Shown: in pieces, positions 8,143 to 17,864 of the stretch
How positions within the stretch are numbered: the stretch's first letter is position 1
How the letters are laid out: the number at the start of each line of letters is the position of its first letter
Assembly: GCA_963696385.1 (NCBI GenBank)
Contig: CAVOKF010000008.1
Span: forward strand, 416,001-480,000
Direction: 5' to 3'
Length of the DNA stretch: 64,000 nt
Source: an uncultured delta proteobacterium
GTDB taxonomy: Bacteria > Myxococcota_A > Polyangia > Polyangiales > Polyangiaceae
Notes under the pieces: model-generated
Seen by the model: only the letters and a program-made list of their open reading frames with translations
Database searches by the model: none
What the model was told of the DNA's origin: nothing
Made by a program: the position numbers and the translations under genes

Positions 8143-9603
8143 ATGACCGAACGCACGGACGTTGTCATCGTCGGGGGAGGGTTTGTCGGCCTGGCCACCG
8201 CCGCGGCACTCGACGACGCCGGCGTGCGCGTGACCCTTCTCGAGGCCCTCGTCGGTCCGAACCCGGCGTTCCGCGGCGAGTTGATTCACCCAAGGGGCGT
8301 GCGCGCGCTCGCGTCGCTGCGCCTTTTGGATCCGCTGCTTGCCGCGGGAGCCGTGCGCGTACGCGGGTTCGCGGTCTTCCCCCCGCGATGCGCCGATCCC
8401 ATCACGCTGCCGTACCCGACCGACCGGCTTTCGGCCGAAGGGCCCGGGCTCGCGCTCGATCACAGGACGTTGGTCGATGCCATGCGCCAGGCCGTCGCGA
8501 CCCGGCCGCGCATCACGCTGGTCCGCGGCGCACGCGTAGACGACCTCGTTACGAGCGGCGATCGCGTCGTGGGCGTGCGATGGAGCGGCGGCCGCGAAAC
8601 CCGTGCCGGACTCGTCGTGGCCGCGGACGGGAGACACTCGCGGCTCCGAAAATTGCTCCGAATTCCGACGACCACCGAGCTTGTATCGCACTCGGTCGCG
8701 CTCGGATTCGAACGCGATGTCCTCGTCGCGCCGGCCCACGGCCATGTGTTCGTCGACGCCCCGGGACCCACGCTCGCCTATCCGTGCGGTCCGGAGCGCG
8801 TGCGCATGACCATCGACGTGCCTCTCGACCGAGCGAAAGGACGCGCCGAGATCCGGACCACCTTGCGGGAGGGCTACGCGGCGCAACTCCCCGACCGGAT
8901 GCGACGAGCCCTGATCGACGCTCTCGACCGCGACGATCTGGCGGGTGCGGCCAACCACGCCATCTCGACCCGCGCGTGCGCCGTGCCGGGCGCCGCTCTG
9001 GTCGGCGACGCGGGCGGATGCTCGCATCCGATCACGGCGACGGGCATGACGACCGGCATGCACGACGTCGTGACCCTCGCTGCCGCCATCGCACAAGACG
9101 GGCTGACCGACCGCGCGCTGTGCCGCTACCAGAGACGCCGGTATCGCTTCGTGCGCACCCGCGAGGCCTTCACGCACGCTCTTTACGACGTGCTGCGCGG
9201 AGCGGACAGCGGCGCCCGTGCGCTCCGCGAGGCCATGTTCGCCTACTGGTCGGCGAGCGGACGCGCACGGATCGCGTCGATGGGCGTGCTCTCGGGCGAC
9301 GACGAACGCGTCGCGACGTTCGCTCTGGAATACGCGCGGGTGGTCGCAACCTCGACCTCGATGATCGTCGGCCGCAGGATTGCGGATCGAAAGGGCGGTG
9401 CGATGTGGGCCGAGCTCCGATCCATGCTCCGGGCGGCCGGCGGGGCACTCGACGTCGCCATCGAAAAAGCGTCGTCCGTTCTGGCCCTCGAGCGCACGTT
9501 GAGCCTCCGGGCGCCGTCGGATCGGACGACCCCCGCCGGCGGGCGTTCGACGGGCGGCATCCCCGACGGCCGATCCGAAAGATCCGGGACCACGCACCCC
9601 TGA
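8143..9603 (+). CDS. Squalene epoxidase-like FAD monooxygenase
   Basis: GGGFVG Rossmann motif, GELIHPRG, ADGRHSRLR, GDAGGCSHPITATGMT; adjacent to SQS and OSC. Confidence 0.85.
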   Translation: MTERTDVVIVGGGFVGLATAAALDDAGVRVTLLEALVGPNPAFRGELIHPRGVRALASLRLLDPLLAAGAVRVRGFAVFPPRCADPITLPYPTDRLSAEGPGLALDHRTLVDAMRQAVATRPRITLVRGARVDDLVTSGDRVVGVRWSGGRETRAGLVVAADGRHSRLRKLLRIPTTTELVSHSVALGFERDVLVAPAHGHVFVDAPGPTLAYPCGPERVRMTIDVPLDRAKGRAEIRTTLREGYAAQLPDRMRRALIDALDRDDLAGAANHAISTRACAVPGAALVGDAGGCSHPITATGMTTGMHDVVTLAAAIAQDGLTDRALCRYQRRRYRFVRTREAFTHALYDVLRGADSGARALREAMFAYWSASGRARIASMGVLSGDDERVATFALEYARVVATSTSMIVGRRIADRKGGAMWAELRSMLRAAGGALDVAIEKASSVLALERTLSLRAPSDRTTPAGGRSTGGIPDGRSERSGTTHP

Positions 9604-9808
9604 ACGACGTCGACCAAGCAGAGTTCCCCCGGAAAGCTTCACTGGGGCGCTGTACTCGCTGGACGGAGAGACGTCGCGACGACGCGTCGCACCCCGGCCA
9701 CCGCGAACCGCCCCCCCCCCCCGGCGCGCGCTCGAAGGGGGTGGCGCCAAGACACCCTGGGCCACGAAGGTGTGTACACTACGCCCCCCGCCCGCTCGGG
9801 CGACCGGC

Positions 9809-12028
9809 ATGCTCGACGCGCTTTGCGGCTTCACGGTTCGACATCGAAAGTCCATCCTGGTGTTCGCCGGCCTGTGGTTCGCCCTGGCCGTCACGGTGCT
9901 GTCGTCTGGAATCGGCCGGCTGTCGACCGGTTCCATCCGCGGGCTCGAATCGGATCGCGCCGGTCGGATCGTCGACGGGATCCTGCGGCGCGCGCCCGAC
10001 ACGACGTTCATCGCCGTCTTCACGTCGTCCACGCTCGACCCGACGGGCGACGCATTTCGCGAAGCGATGCAGGCCGCGCTCTCGCCTTTGGCACACGACC
10101 CGAGGGTCGGGTCCATCACGACGCCGTATAACGCCGGACCGCTCCGCGCGTTCGCCATGACCAACGAGCGGACGCACGCGGCCTACGCGTACATCTCGGT
10201 CGGGGGCGACTTCGGTCAAGCCGCGCATGCGTATCCGGCGCTGCGCCGTGAGCTTCGTTCCGACACTCTATCGATCACCTGCACCGGCCGCCTGCCGTTC
10301 GCCCGCGACCTCGACGACACGCTCGAGCACGACCTGCTGCGCGCCGAGGCCATTTCCCTGCCCGGTTGCGTGCTTTTGCTGTGCGTGGTCTTCGGGACCG
10401 CGGTCGCCGCGCTGCTGCCCGTCTGCGTCGGCGCCCTGGCCGTCGCGAGCGGCCTGGCGTCGATCCTGTTGCTGTCGCGCTTCGTCGATCTCGCTCAATA
10501 CACGCTCAACGTATGTTCGCTCATCGGCCTGGGCGTCGCGATCGATTACTCGCTCTTCATCGTGAGCCGGTACCGCGAGGAGCTCGCGGCGGGACACGAC
10601 ACCGTGGCCGCGCTTCGGTTGTCGGTGATTCGGGCTGGACGCGTCGTCTTGTTCTCCGGCTTTGCGGTGATGGTCGGTCTGTTCGGACTGCTCTTCTTCT
10701 CGCGCTCCTACCTCATGGGCATGGGCATCGGCGGAGCGATCGTGGTGGGCTTCTCCGTGGTCTTCGCGCTCACGTTCTTGCCGGCGCTCTTGGCGGTACT
10801 CGGCCCGAGGATTCACGCCGGCCGCGTGCCCTTCACGCGCCGGCGAGCCGCTGGCGGCGGTTTTCGGCGTACCGCGCTGTGGGTGATGAAGCGCCCGGTC
10901 GCCGTGCTCCTGCCGTGCCTGCTGCTGCTTGCGTGGATGGGCGCGCCCTTCGCGCATTTGCGCATGGCGGCCTCCGACGTCCGGATTCTGCCGCTCGAAG
11001 CCGAAGCACGGCACGGATTCGAGATCCTCCGCGTCGACTTTCCGGACGCGGCCGCCAACCATGTTCTCGCCGCCGTCGAGTTCCCGAGCGCGCCGGCTCT
11101 CAATCGCGCCCGCATCGAAGCGCTCTACGATTTCACCCACCGAGTCGCCCACCTGCCGTTCGTCGCGAACGTCCAAAGCATCGTCGACCCGAACCAATCG
11201 ATCGAACGCGACCAATGGGCGGATCTGCTGCTGTCGCCGCCCCCGGCGCTCGGCGCGACCATCGACCTTGCCAAGCAAATCAGCGTCGGCAGCCGCGCCG
11301 TCCTGGTGGACATCACCACCGACCGCGCGCCCGAGAGCGATCCGGCGCGGTCGATCGTCGCCGCCCTACGCGATCAGCGCCGCGTCGGAGACGGCACCGT
11401 TTACGTCGGGGGCCAGACGGCCACCGACGTCGACACGACCCAATACATCCGCGAGCGATTGCCTTACGTCGTCGGATCCGTCGTCCTCATCACCTACGTG
11501 GTCCTCTTTTTCCTGCTCGGGTCCGTCCTCTTGCCGCTCAAGGCGGTCCTCATGAATTTCCTCTCGATGGCCGGATCGTTCGGCGCGCTCGTTTGGATCT
11601 TCCAGGAAGGGCACGCCTTCGTCCACACGCCACGGCCCGTCGAGCCGTCGCTTCCGGTGCTTCTCTTCTGTACGCTCTTCGGCCTCTCCATGGACTACGA
11701 GGTCCTCATGCTGACCCGCATGAAGGAGGCGTACGATCGGACGGGAGACAACCGCACGGCCGTCGCAACGGGTCTCGAGAAAAGCGCGGGGCTCATCACG
11801 AGCGCCGCCGCCATCATGGTGTGTGTTTTTGCGGCGTTCGCGCTCGCCCAAATCGTGGTCATCCAAGCGGTCGGGTTCGGGATGGCGTTGGCCGTCGCGC
11901 TCGATGCCACCATCGTTCGGGTCCTGGTCGTCCCGGCGACGATGCGCCTTCTCGGGCAAGTCAACTGGTGGGCGCCACGTCCCTTGGCGCGTCTGGTCCG
12001 GGCGGTGGCCCTGGGCCGGACGCATTGA
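9809..12028 (+). CDS. MMPL-family (RND) lipid transporter, MmpL3/YdfJ-like
   Basis: Two repeats of TM plus periplasmic domain; GLGVAIDYSLFIVSRYREEL and FGLSMDYEVLMLTRMKEAY (paired Asp-Tyr motifs); DATIVR..VPATMRLLG..NWW. Confidence 0.92.
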   Translation: MLDALCGFTVRHRKSILVFAGLWFALAVTVLSSGIGRLSTGSIRGLESDRAGRIVDGILRRAPDTTFIAVFTSSTLDPTGDAFREAMQAALSPLAHDPRVGSITTPYNAGPLRAFAMTNERTHAAYAYISVGGDFGQAAHAYPALRRELRSDTLSITCTGRLPFARDLDDTLEHDLLRAEAISLPGCVLLLCVVFGTAVAALLPVCVGALAVASGLASILLLSRFVDLAQYTLNVCSLIGLGVAIDYSLFIVSRYREELAAGHDTVAALRLSVIRAGRVVLFSGFAVMVGLFGLLFFSRSYLMGMGIGGAIVVGFSVVFALTFLPALLAVLGPRIHAGRVPFTRRRAAGGGFRRTALWVMKRPVAVLLPCLLLLAWMGAPFAHLRMAASDVRILPLEAEARHGFEILRVDFPDAAANHVLAAVEFPSAPALNRARIEALYDFTHRVAHLPFVANVQSIVDPNQSIERDQWADLLLSPPPALGATIDLAKQISVGSRAVLVDITTDRAPESDPARSIVAALRDQRRVGDGTVYVGGQTATDVDTTQYIRERLPYVVGSVVLITYVVLFFLLGSVLLPLKAVLMNFLSMAGSFGALVWIFQEGHAFVHTPRPVEPSLPVLLFCTLFGLSMDYEVLMLTRMKEAYDRTGDNRTAVATGLEKSAGLITSAAAIMVCVFAAFALAQIVVIQAVGFGMALAVALDATIVRVLVVPATMRLLGQVNWWAPRPLARLVRAVALGRTH

Positions 12029-12037
12029 TCGGAGCGG

Positions 12038-15000
12038 CTACTGGATGGGTCCGTAGCCAAAGAAGAGAGTGAGCTGCCGCACGACGTCGAGGTTCGAAGC
12101 ATACGCCGTGAGCATCGTGGCCGCGTATTGAGCGCTCTGTGCGGTATTGGGGATCGAGTTGCCCTGGGCGTCCACCGCGTACGTGAGCTCGCCCGACACG
12201 GGGTCGGGGGTGCCCACCACCTGGTAGGCGATCTGAGCGAGCGTGTTGGCGTATTGGATCATGCGCGCGCCGATGGTCTTGGCGACGTCGAAGCCGATGG
12301 CCGGATTCACGACTTCCGTTCCGTAGTTTTTTGCGACGTACTCGATGCCCGTGAGCGGGTCCCGGTAGGCCACCAACTGATCGGTCGGGATCGACAGAGT
12401 CGCGGCGTCCCCGGGTGAGAAGATGCGCATCTGATCGATGAGATTCATCGTCAACGTCGTCGGCCCGAACCAGAAGAGGGAGATGAGCGCCGGGTACTGC
12501 TGCTCCCAACCCACCAGCGGGTCGAGCAGCACGGATCCGGCCGGGTAGGCCAGCGACGTCGTCGTCGTGTCGGTCGGATCGTATTTGTCCCACGGAAGGT
12601 ATTGAACCGGGGTGAGCGCACCGGGGGTGGTCGCGGGCATCGCGTACGGCGCGAGCGTGAAGATTTGAGCCACGGTGCCGCTGTCCATCACTTGCGTCGC
12701 ACTCTGGTTGGCCATCAGGTTGGCGAACAAACGTCGTATTTGATTCGGATAGACCGACGCAAAGTTCAGGTTCTTGTAGCGCCCGTCGACGTAGTCGTCC
12801 TCGGAATTCAGAATGAACTGGTTGTAGGCCTCGGTCATGTACATGGGAGCCAGGACTTTCTCGTAGTAGCTCCCGACCTGCGATTGGTAATAAGCCCACC
12901 AGTAGCCTTGGGTGTAGTCGTAGTTGTTCTCGATGTATCGGCCCTGCCCGTTTCCGAGCGCGACGTTGATCAGACTGGTGGGGGTCGTCAGCGAGTTCGC
13001 GTCGCCGATTTGCCACTCGCCCCCCCACGCGTTCGGCGGGCCGCCGGTTGCCGGCGTCCCCGCCGGAGTGACGACGTAGGCTCCCGGCGCCGGCCGCGTC
13101 ATGGCGCGGACGAACAGGGCAAGGCCGTCGTCGCCGGCCATCGCCAGGGGCATGAGCGCTCCCGGGTCGCTCATCGCAGCGGCACCGTCGAGCTCCGCTC
13201 CGAATGCGAGGGTCTTGACGAGCTGTTGGACCTTGTCGAAATACCGAGACTCGATGCGTTTGACGACCGCGTCCGTGTTGAAGAGGACCAGATCGCGTCG
13301 AAAATTGTTGAAGATGTACCGGTTCTCGTAGGTCGAGATGAAAAACTGCATCTGTTCGTACGAGTCGGCGCCCGCATCGAACCGAAACAGAGGCACGTTG
13401 CCGGCGTCCGCGTACTCGTCCCCTCCAAACATGTACGGGTGCCGGACCCGACCTGCAAACGACGGATTCGCCTGCTGCCGCGCTTTGGGCAGTCCGCTGT
13501 CCACCGCGAAATTCGCCACGAGATCCGGCCGAATGGCCGTGACGGCAGGCGAGTACTTGTCGACGGTCAGCATGTCGCGGGTGGCCACGTAGTCGAGGTC
13601 GGGCCCGCTGCACTGCTGAGCCAGCGGGTCGCTCGGATCGCCGGTCCAACCGGGCCGGGGCGTGCAGGTGCCGAGAATCGGGTACTTGTCGGCGTACGTG
13701 CTGTAGTGATTGCCGCCGATCGAATTGCCGAAGACCCCGTTGAATCCGTCGAGAGCCAGAAGGTAGTCGAGACCGCCCCGGCCGCCCTCGGCGACGCCGC
13801 TGGCTTCGGTGTACGTCATGTTGGTTTCGACGTCGCAGAGGTCGGCGTACGCGAACCGCATCGCCGCCTTGTCGTACGACCCAATGTCGTTCATGTCTTG
13901 GGTCTGGTCGCCCGGGTAGTCCATGACGCTCGTCGAGCCCCACTTCCAGATGAAGTCGTTGCCTTCCTGGGCCGTGACCGGATCCACCCATCGCGGTCCC
14001 ACGCACGTGCCCCCGCTCGCCTGAGGCGTCGTGGCGTCGAGCGTGCCCGGGTACCCGCAATAGTGCTCGGTGCCGTTTTGCGTCCGAAGCTGCCAGTATT
14101 CGGTGTGGTAGTTGAGCGCGTCGAAGCTTCCGGCGAAGTTGTGGCGAAGCCCCATCGAATGGCCCATCTCGTGGGCGATGACCGAGAGGTGAAGCTGTTG
14201 GCGGATCCAGGCGTAAAGCGCCGCATCCCGCTGGGCGTTCGCCGCCGCGCTCCCGGAGGTCGGCGCCGGGAAAAGCATTTGCGCCTGCCGAGCGAGACCC
14301 ACGAGCGAGTCCGGCTCCGGAACGCCGTCGTCGATGCTCATGTCCTTCTGGAGCAGCGCGGTGTTGATGACGCCGTTGCTCCATTTGCGAAGCTGGGGAT
14401 CCAGGCCCTGCAGCGGAGAGGCCAGCGCCACGGTGCTCGGAGATCCGGCGATCGGCTCCTGGGGGTTGAACCCGGCCCATTGAAGCACGTCGGGGGTGAC
14501 GAGCTGCGTTTCCCACGTCGAGCCGATGAGCTGCCCGCGAATCGACTCGAACTGAGAGTCCATCGTCGGGCCCAGAGCGCTCAGGTTCGTGGCCGCCACC
14601 TGGCGCCGGATCGGAAGCGGTAGGTTGTTCGAGGGCGTCTGTTGCGCCAAAAGCCGCAGTGCGTTGCCGTTGACTCCGGACAAGGCCGGCGACGACGTCA
14701 CGGCGCCTGCGGCCGTCAGGCCGTTCTGCTGGGCCATGGATGTGTCGATCGAATTGATGCGCGACGCGATCTCGGCCGTGGACAACACCGAGGGCGAGTA
14801 CTGAGCCAGTCCCATCTGGCTGCCCGAAGCCCATTGACTGAGGTACTGGCCGTTGGCGATCTGCTGGTTATTGATCTCTCCGTTGAGCCAGCGAATGAGA
14901 TCTTCGATGCTCTGCGAAGCGGTGTCGAGGACAGCGATCCACTCGTTGATGCTCGACTGGACCTTTTCGCCCGTGAGCGGGTCGTCGAAGTCGACGTCGA

Positions 15001-16645
15001 TGCCCCACGCCGACGGGAGCTGGGGGTTCGCGATGAGATCCACCACGTTGTAGCGCAGGTCTCCGAGGCGAACCGCCAGGCCCGCGGCGCCGCACGCCGG
15101 GCTGTCGCCTTGGACGACCGGATTGTGGCAGAGGACGAAAATGTCCGGGACCGTCAATCCATTCTGCTGATCGGCGAGCAGCTGGGCTTCGGTGGTCAGA
15201 ACCTCGGTGACCGGCGCGGCGCCATTCGGCTCGACGACGACCGGCGCGCCCACGCGATTCGCCTCGACGACCTTGCCGAGCTGCACGGCTCGCTTGACGG
15301 CGATGTTCCACGAATTCAGCGCTTGCGACGTCGTCGCGAACAGATCGGGGTCCGCGGTCGGACCGATGTAAAACGGCGTCGTCTTGGTGGATCTGAGGTA
15401 AAGCGGGATGTCGCATTTGTTGGTGAATTCGTCGCACCGCGAACCCGGATTCACGACGTCGCCGGCCGAGTCCTTGAACTCGCACTCGTCTTCCGTCCCG
15501 TCTTGGTCGGTATCGCGGTGGACGTTGGCGCCGACGGCGCTCTTGGTGAAAGGTTGACCGGCAGGGTCCGCAATCGGCAGTCCGGTCGCCGAGTCGAACA
15601 CGTAGTTGCCGCTGGCGTCGACCTGGTAGTTTTGCACGTTGCCGTTCGCATCGCGCCACGCGTCGATCGCGCACTGCGTCCCGGAGATGTGGCTCTGTTG
15701 CCAGATGTTGTACCGGGTGACGAAGCGGTTCCAATTCTGGTCCAGGATGCCGTAGTTTTGGGTGTAGCCGAATCGGTCGACGCTGAAGAACCCGAAGGCG
15801 TCCATCTTGGTTCCGTCCCAATTTTCGGGCTCGTAGTCGTCGTCGACCACTTTTTTGAACGAAAGGCGGATCGTGACTTCGGCCGGGTCGCAGGTGATGG
15901 CCGGATAACTGCCGAAAAGCCAGCACACCGGGAGATTTCCATAGGGCGTGTTGACGATCTGCGGATTGGCCGTGAGCATCGTCGTCACGTCGAAGTAGCC
16001 CTCTTCCGCATTGAAGACCGGGGCGTTCGGATCGCTCGGGTCCTCGATGTAATACGACACGGGGCTATACGTCAGGCCGTCGAGGGCGGCGCCCACGGAA
16101 AAAAGGTCGAAGTCGTAGGCATCGGTCACCAGGTTCTTCGACCAGTCCACGCGGAAGTACTGCCGTTCGTACCATGGACGATCCGTCGTGTTCTCCACGA
16201 TGACATTGAGCTGCTCGCCGGTCTGCAAATTGTAATCGTGAATGATGTCGAATTGGCTCTCGATGTTGAACTCCGCGACAATCTGGCCGTCGGTCGTGCT
16301 CGTGGCGCCGTTGTAGCCGCTGTTCGCAATGCGGTCGTAGGTCAGGCGAGCTACGAGAAGATTCTCTTGAATCTCCCATTTGACCCGGGCCAGCGACCCG
16401 ATCGCCTGAAACATCGCGAAGTCTTGTCCGAGCCCGTACGGTTCGCCGATGATCCGAGTGCCAAAGTAAAATTCCGGGTCGTCGGCCGGATCGCTCAGGT
16501 TCGGGCCCACGAAGAAACCCTTGTCGAGCGCGCCGGCCTGCACGCGATTGATCGGAGGTCGTGACTCGGCGCAGCTACTCGACAGAGCACACACGGAGCC
16601 GACGAGAACGAAGAAGGCGAGCCACCTCAAGAACTTCAACTTCAT
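12038..16645 (-). CDS. Large zinc-dependent metalloprotease (metzincin) lipoprotein, 1535 aa
   Basis: Signal peptide ending SSSC-AESRPPINRVQ; HEMGHSMGLRH zinc motif; Met-turn SVMDY. Confidence 0.85.
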   Translation of the reverse strand: MKLKFLRWLAFFVLVGSVCALSSSCAESRPPINRVQAGALDKGFFVGPNLSDPADDPEFYFGTRIIGEPYGLGQDFAMFQAIGSLARVKWEIQENLLVARLTYDRIANSGYNGATSTTDGQIVAEFNIESQFDIIHDYNLQTGEQLNVIVENTTDRPWYERQYFRVDWSKNLVTDAYDFDLFSVGAALDGLTYSPVSYYIEDPSDPNAPVFNAEEGYFDVTTMLTANPQIVNTPYGNLPVCWLFGSYPAITCDPAEVTIRLSFKKVVDDDYEPENWDGTKMDAFGFFSVDRFGYTQNYGILDQNWNRFVTRYNIWQQSHISGTQCAIDAWRDANGNVQNYQVDASGNYVFDSATGLPIADPAGQPFTKSAVGANVHRDTDQDGTEDECEFKDSAGDVVNPGSRCDEFTNKCDIPLYLRSTKTTPFYIGPTADPDLFATTSQALNSWNIAVKRAVQLGKVVEANRVGAPVVVEPNGAAPVTEVLTTEAQLLADQQNGLTVPDIFVLCHNPVVQGDSPACGAAGLAVRLGDLRYNVVDLIANPQLPSAWGIDVDFDDPLTGEKVQSSINEWIAVLDTASQSIEDLIRWLNGEINNQQIANGQYLSQWASGSQMGLAQYSPSVLSTAEIASRINSIDTSMAQQNGLTAAGAVTSSPALSGVNGNALRLLAQQTPSNNLPLPIRRQVAATNLSALGPTMDSQFESIRGQLIGSTWETQLVTPDVLQWAGFNPQEPIAGSPSTVALASPLQGLDPQLRKWSNGVINTALLQKDMSIDDGVPEPDSLVGLARQAQMLFPAPTSGSAAANAQRDAALYAWIRQQLHLSVIAHEMGHSMGLRHNFAGSFDALNYHTEYWQLRTQNGTEHYCGYPGTLDATTPQASGGTCVGPRWVDPVTAQEGNDFIWKWGSTSVMDYPGDQTQDMNDIGSYDKAAMRFAYADLCDVETNMTYTEASGVAEGGRGGLDYLLALDGFNGVFGNSIGGNHYSTYADKYPILGTCTPRPGWTGDPSDPLAQQCSGPDLDYVATRDMLTVDKYSPAVTAIRPDLVANFAVDSGLPKARQQANPSFAGRVRHPYMFGGDEYADAGNVPLFRFDAGADSYEQMQFFISTYENRYIFNNFRRDLVLFNTDAVVKRIESRYFDKVQQLVKTLAFGAELDGAAAMSDPGALMPLAMAGDDGLALFVRAMTRPAPGAYVVTPAGTPATGGPPNAWGGEWQIGDANSLTTPTSLINVALGNGQGRYIENNYDYTQGYWWAYYQSQVGSYYEKVLAPMYMTEAYNQFILNSEDDYVDGRYKNLNFASVYPNQIRRLFANLMANQSATQVMDSGTVAQIFTLAPYAMPATTPGALTPVQYLPWDKYDPTDTTTTSLAYPAGSVLLDPLVGWEQQYPALISLFWFGPTTLTMNLIDQMRIFSPGDAATLSIPTDQLVAYRDPLTGIEYVAKNYGTEVVNPAIGFDVAKTIGARMIQYANTLAQIAYQVVGTPDPVSGELTYAVDAQGNSIPNTAQSAQYAATMLTAYASNLDVVRQLTLFFGYGPIQ

Positions 16646-16682
16646 GTTTCCCGATCTCCCTCGAAACCAACCAAGCCGTTGC

Positions 16683-17864
16683 CTACGGGACACTTTGGCC
16701 CACCAGCCGGGCCTCGCGCGCACGCCGCGCCGCTTCGATCGAGTCGCCGACGCGTGCGCGATCCTTGGCGCCACCCATCGATCGCTCCCAGATTTTGTCC
16801 AGGTTCGCCGTCACGTCGACGAAAAGGCACGCATTCGGACTCCAAAACGCGTTGTCCTCGCCGCCGAGGAACGGCGAGCGCAACTGGCCGTTCATGCCGA
16901 CGACGTTGGCGAGGTCGTAGTAGCCGGCGCCCACCGACACCTCGTCCATCAGTTCGTAGTCGACCGACGCCACGATCCAGATGAACTGAGTGAATTGCTC
17001 GTCGTTCACGCGCGAGACGCTGGCCAGGCCCGTCAGTGTACCCACCGAGGAAGGAGGCGGAATGTAGTGCCACTGGTCGATCCAAATGGCGGTCGCGGCG
17101 ACTCCGAGCCGGGGCAGAATCTGCAGGCTCGCGTCCGCGATGGAGAAAAGGGCGTCTTTCGTCAGAGGGTACCCCGTCAACTGATCGGTCAGGGACGCGG
17201 CCCCCGAGTCGGTCTGGGAGAGAAACTGGGGATGGCAGTAGCCGGTCGCGGTGATCGCGCACGTGAACGGGTGAAGGTAGACAAAGCTCAGGCCCAGGCG
17301 GGCCGAGTTGAGCGCGGGCGCGTCATCGCCGCGGAGGGGAATTTTTTGAGACAGAGCCGCGAGACCGCCGAGCGTCACGTAGATGCCCGAGCCTAGGCTC
17401 TGCTGGGACGTGGGCCAGAGCGCGCGAAGCCCGAGTGACCATTTGCTGTTCTTGCCCATGCCGGAATCGGCAAGACGGCGCGAGTAGACGAGATCGGTTC
17501 CGATGTCGCCGAAGACATCCTGGCGATAGTAGGTCGTGTCCTCGCTGTTCGTGAACTCCTTGTAGTAATCGAATCGGGCTTGCACTCTCAGGTTGTCGTT
17601 GAAGTTCCATCGGGGTCGAAAAGACAACCACCAGCCGTAGTACGGAACGTACGAAAGCGGCAGCGAGGGATCGAGACGGATGGTTTGAGTCGACACGGCC
17701 TGGTCGAAGATGAACGTCGACCCGCGGAGTGGATCGCTGCTTTCGGACGGAGCCCGCTGGCCGCGCGCATCGTCCTCCGCATGCGCGAACGGATCGGCGC
17801 GAGCGCCGGAGGTCACGGTCGCGGCAGCGAGGAGCCAAGCCCCGGCGCCCCAGAGACGACTCAA
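16683..17864 (-). CDS. Putative outer-membrane beta-barrel protein
   Basis: Signal peptide (ARA/D) and alternating aromatic/hydrophobic strands; TTG start overlaps the upstream stop (TTGA). Confidence 0.65.
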   Translation of the reverse strand: MSRLWGAGAWLLAAATVTSGARADPFAHAEDDARGQRAPSESSDPLRGSTFIFDQAVSTQTIRLDPSLPLSYVPYYGWWLSFRPRWNFNDNLRVQARFDYYKEFTNSEDTTYYRQDVFGDIGTDLVYSRRLADSGMGKNSKWSLGLRALWPTSQQSLGSGIYVTLGGLAALSQKIPLRGDDAPALNSARLGLSFVYLHPFTCAITATGYCHPQFLSQTDSGAASLTDQLTGYPLTKDALFSIADASLQILPRLGVAATAIWIDQWHYIPPPSSVGTLTGLASVSRVNDEQFTQFIWIVASVDYELMDEVSVGAGYYDLANVVGMNGQLRSPFLGGEDNAFWSPNACLFVDVTANLDKIWERSMGGAKDRARVGDSIEAARRAREARLVGQSVP

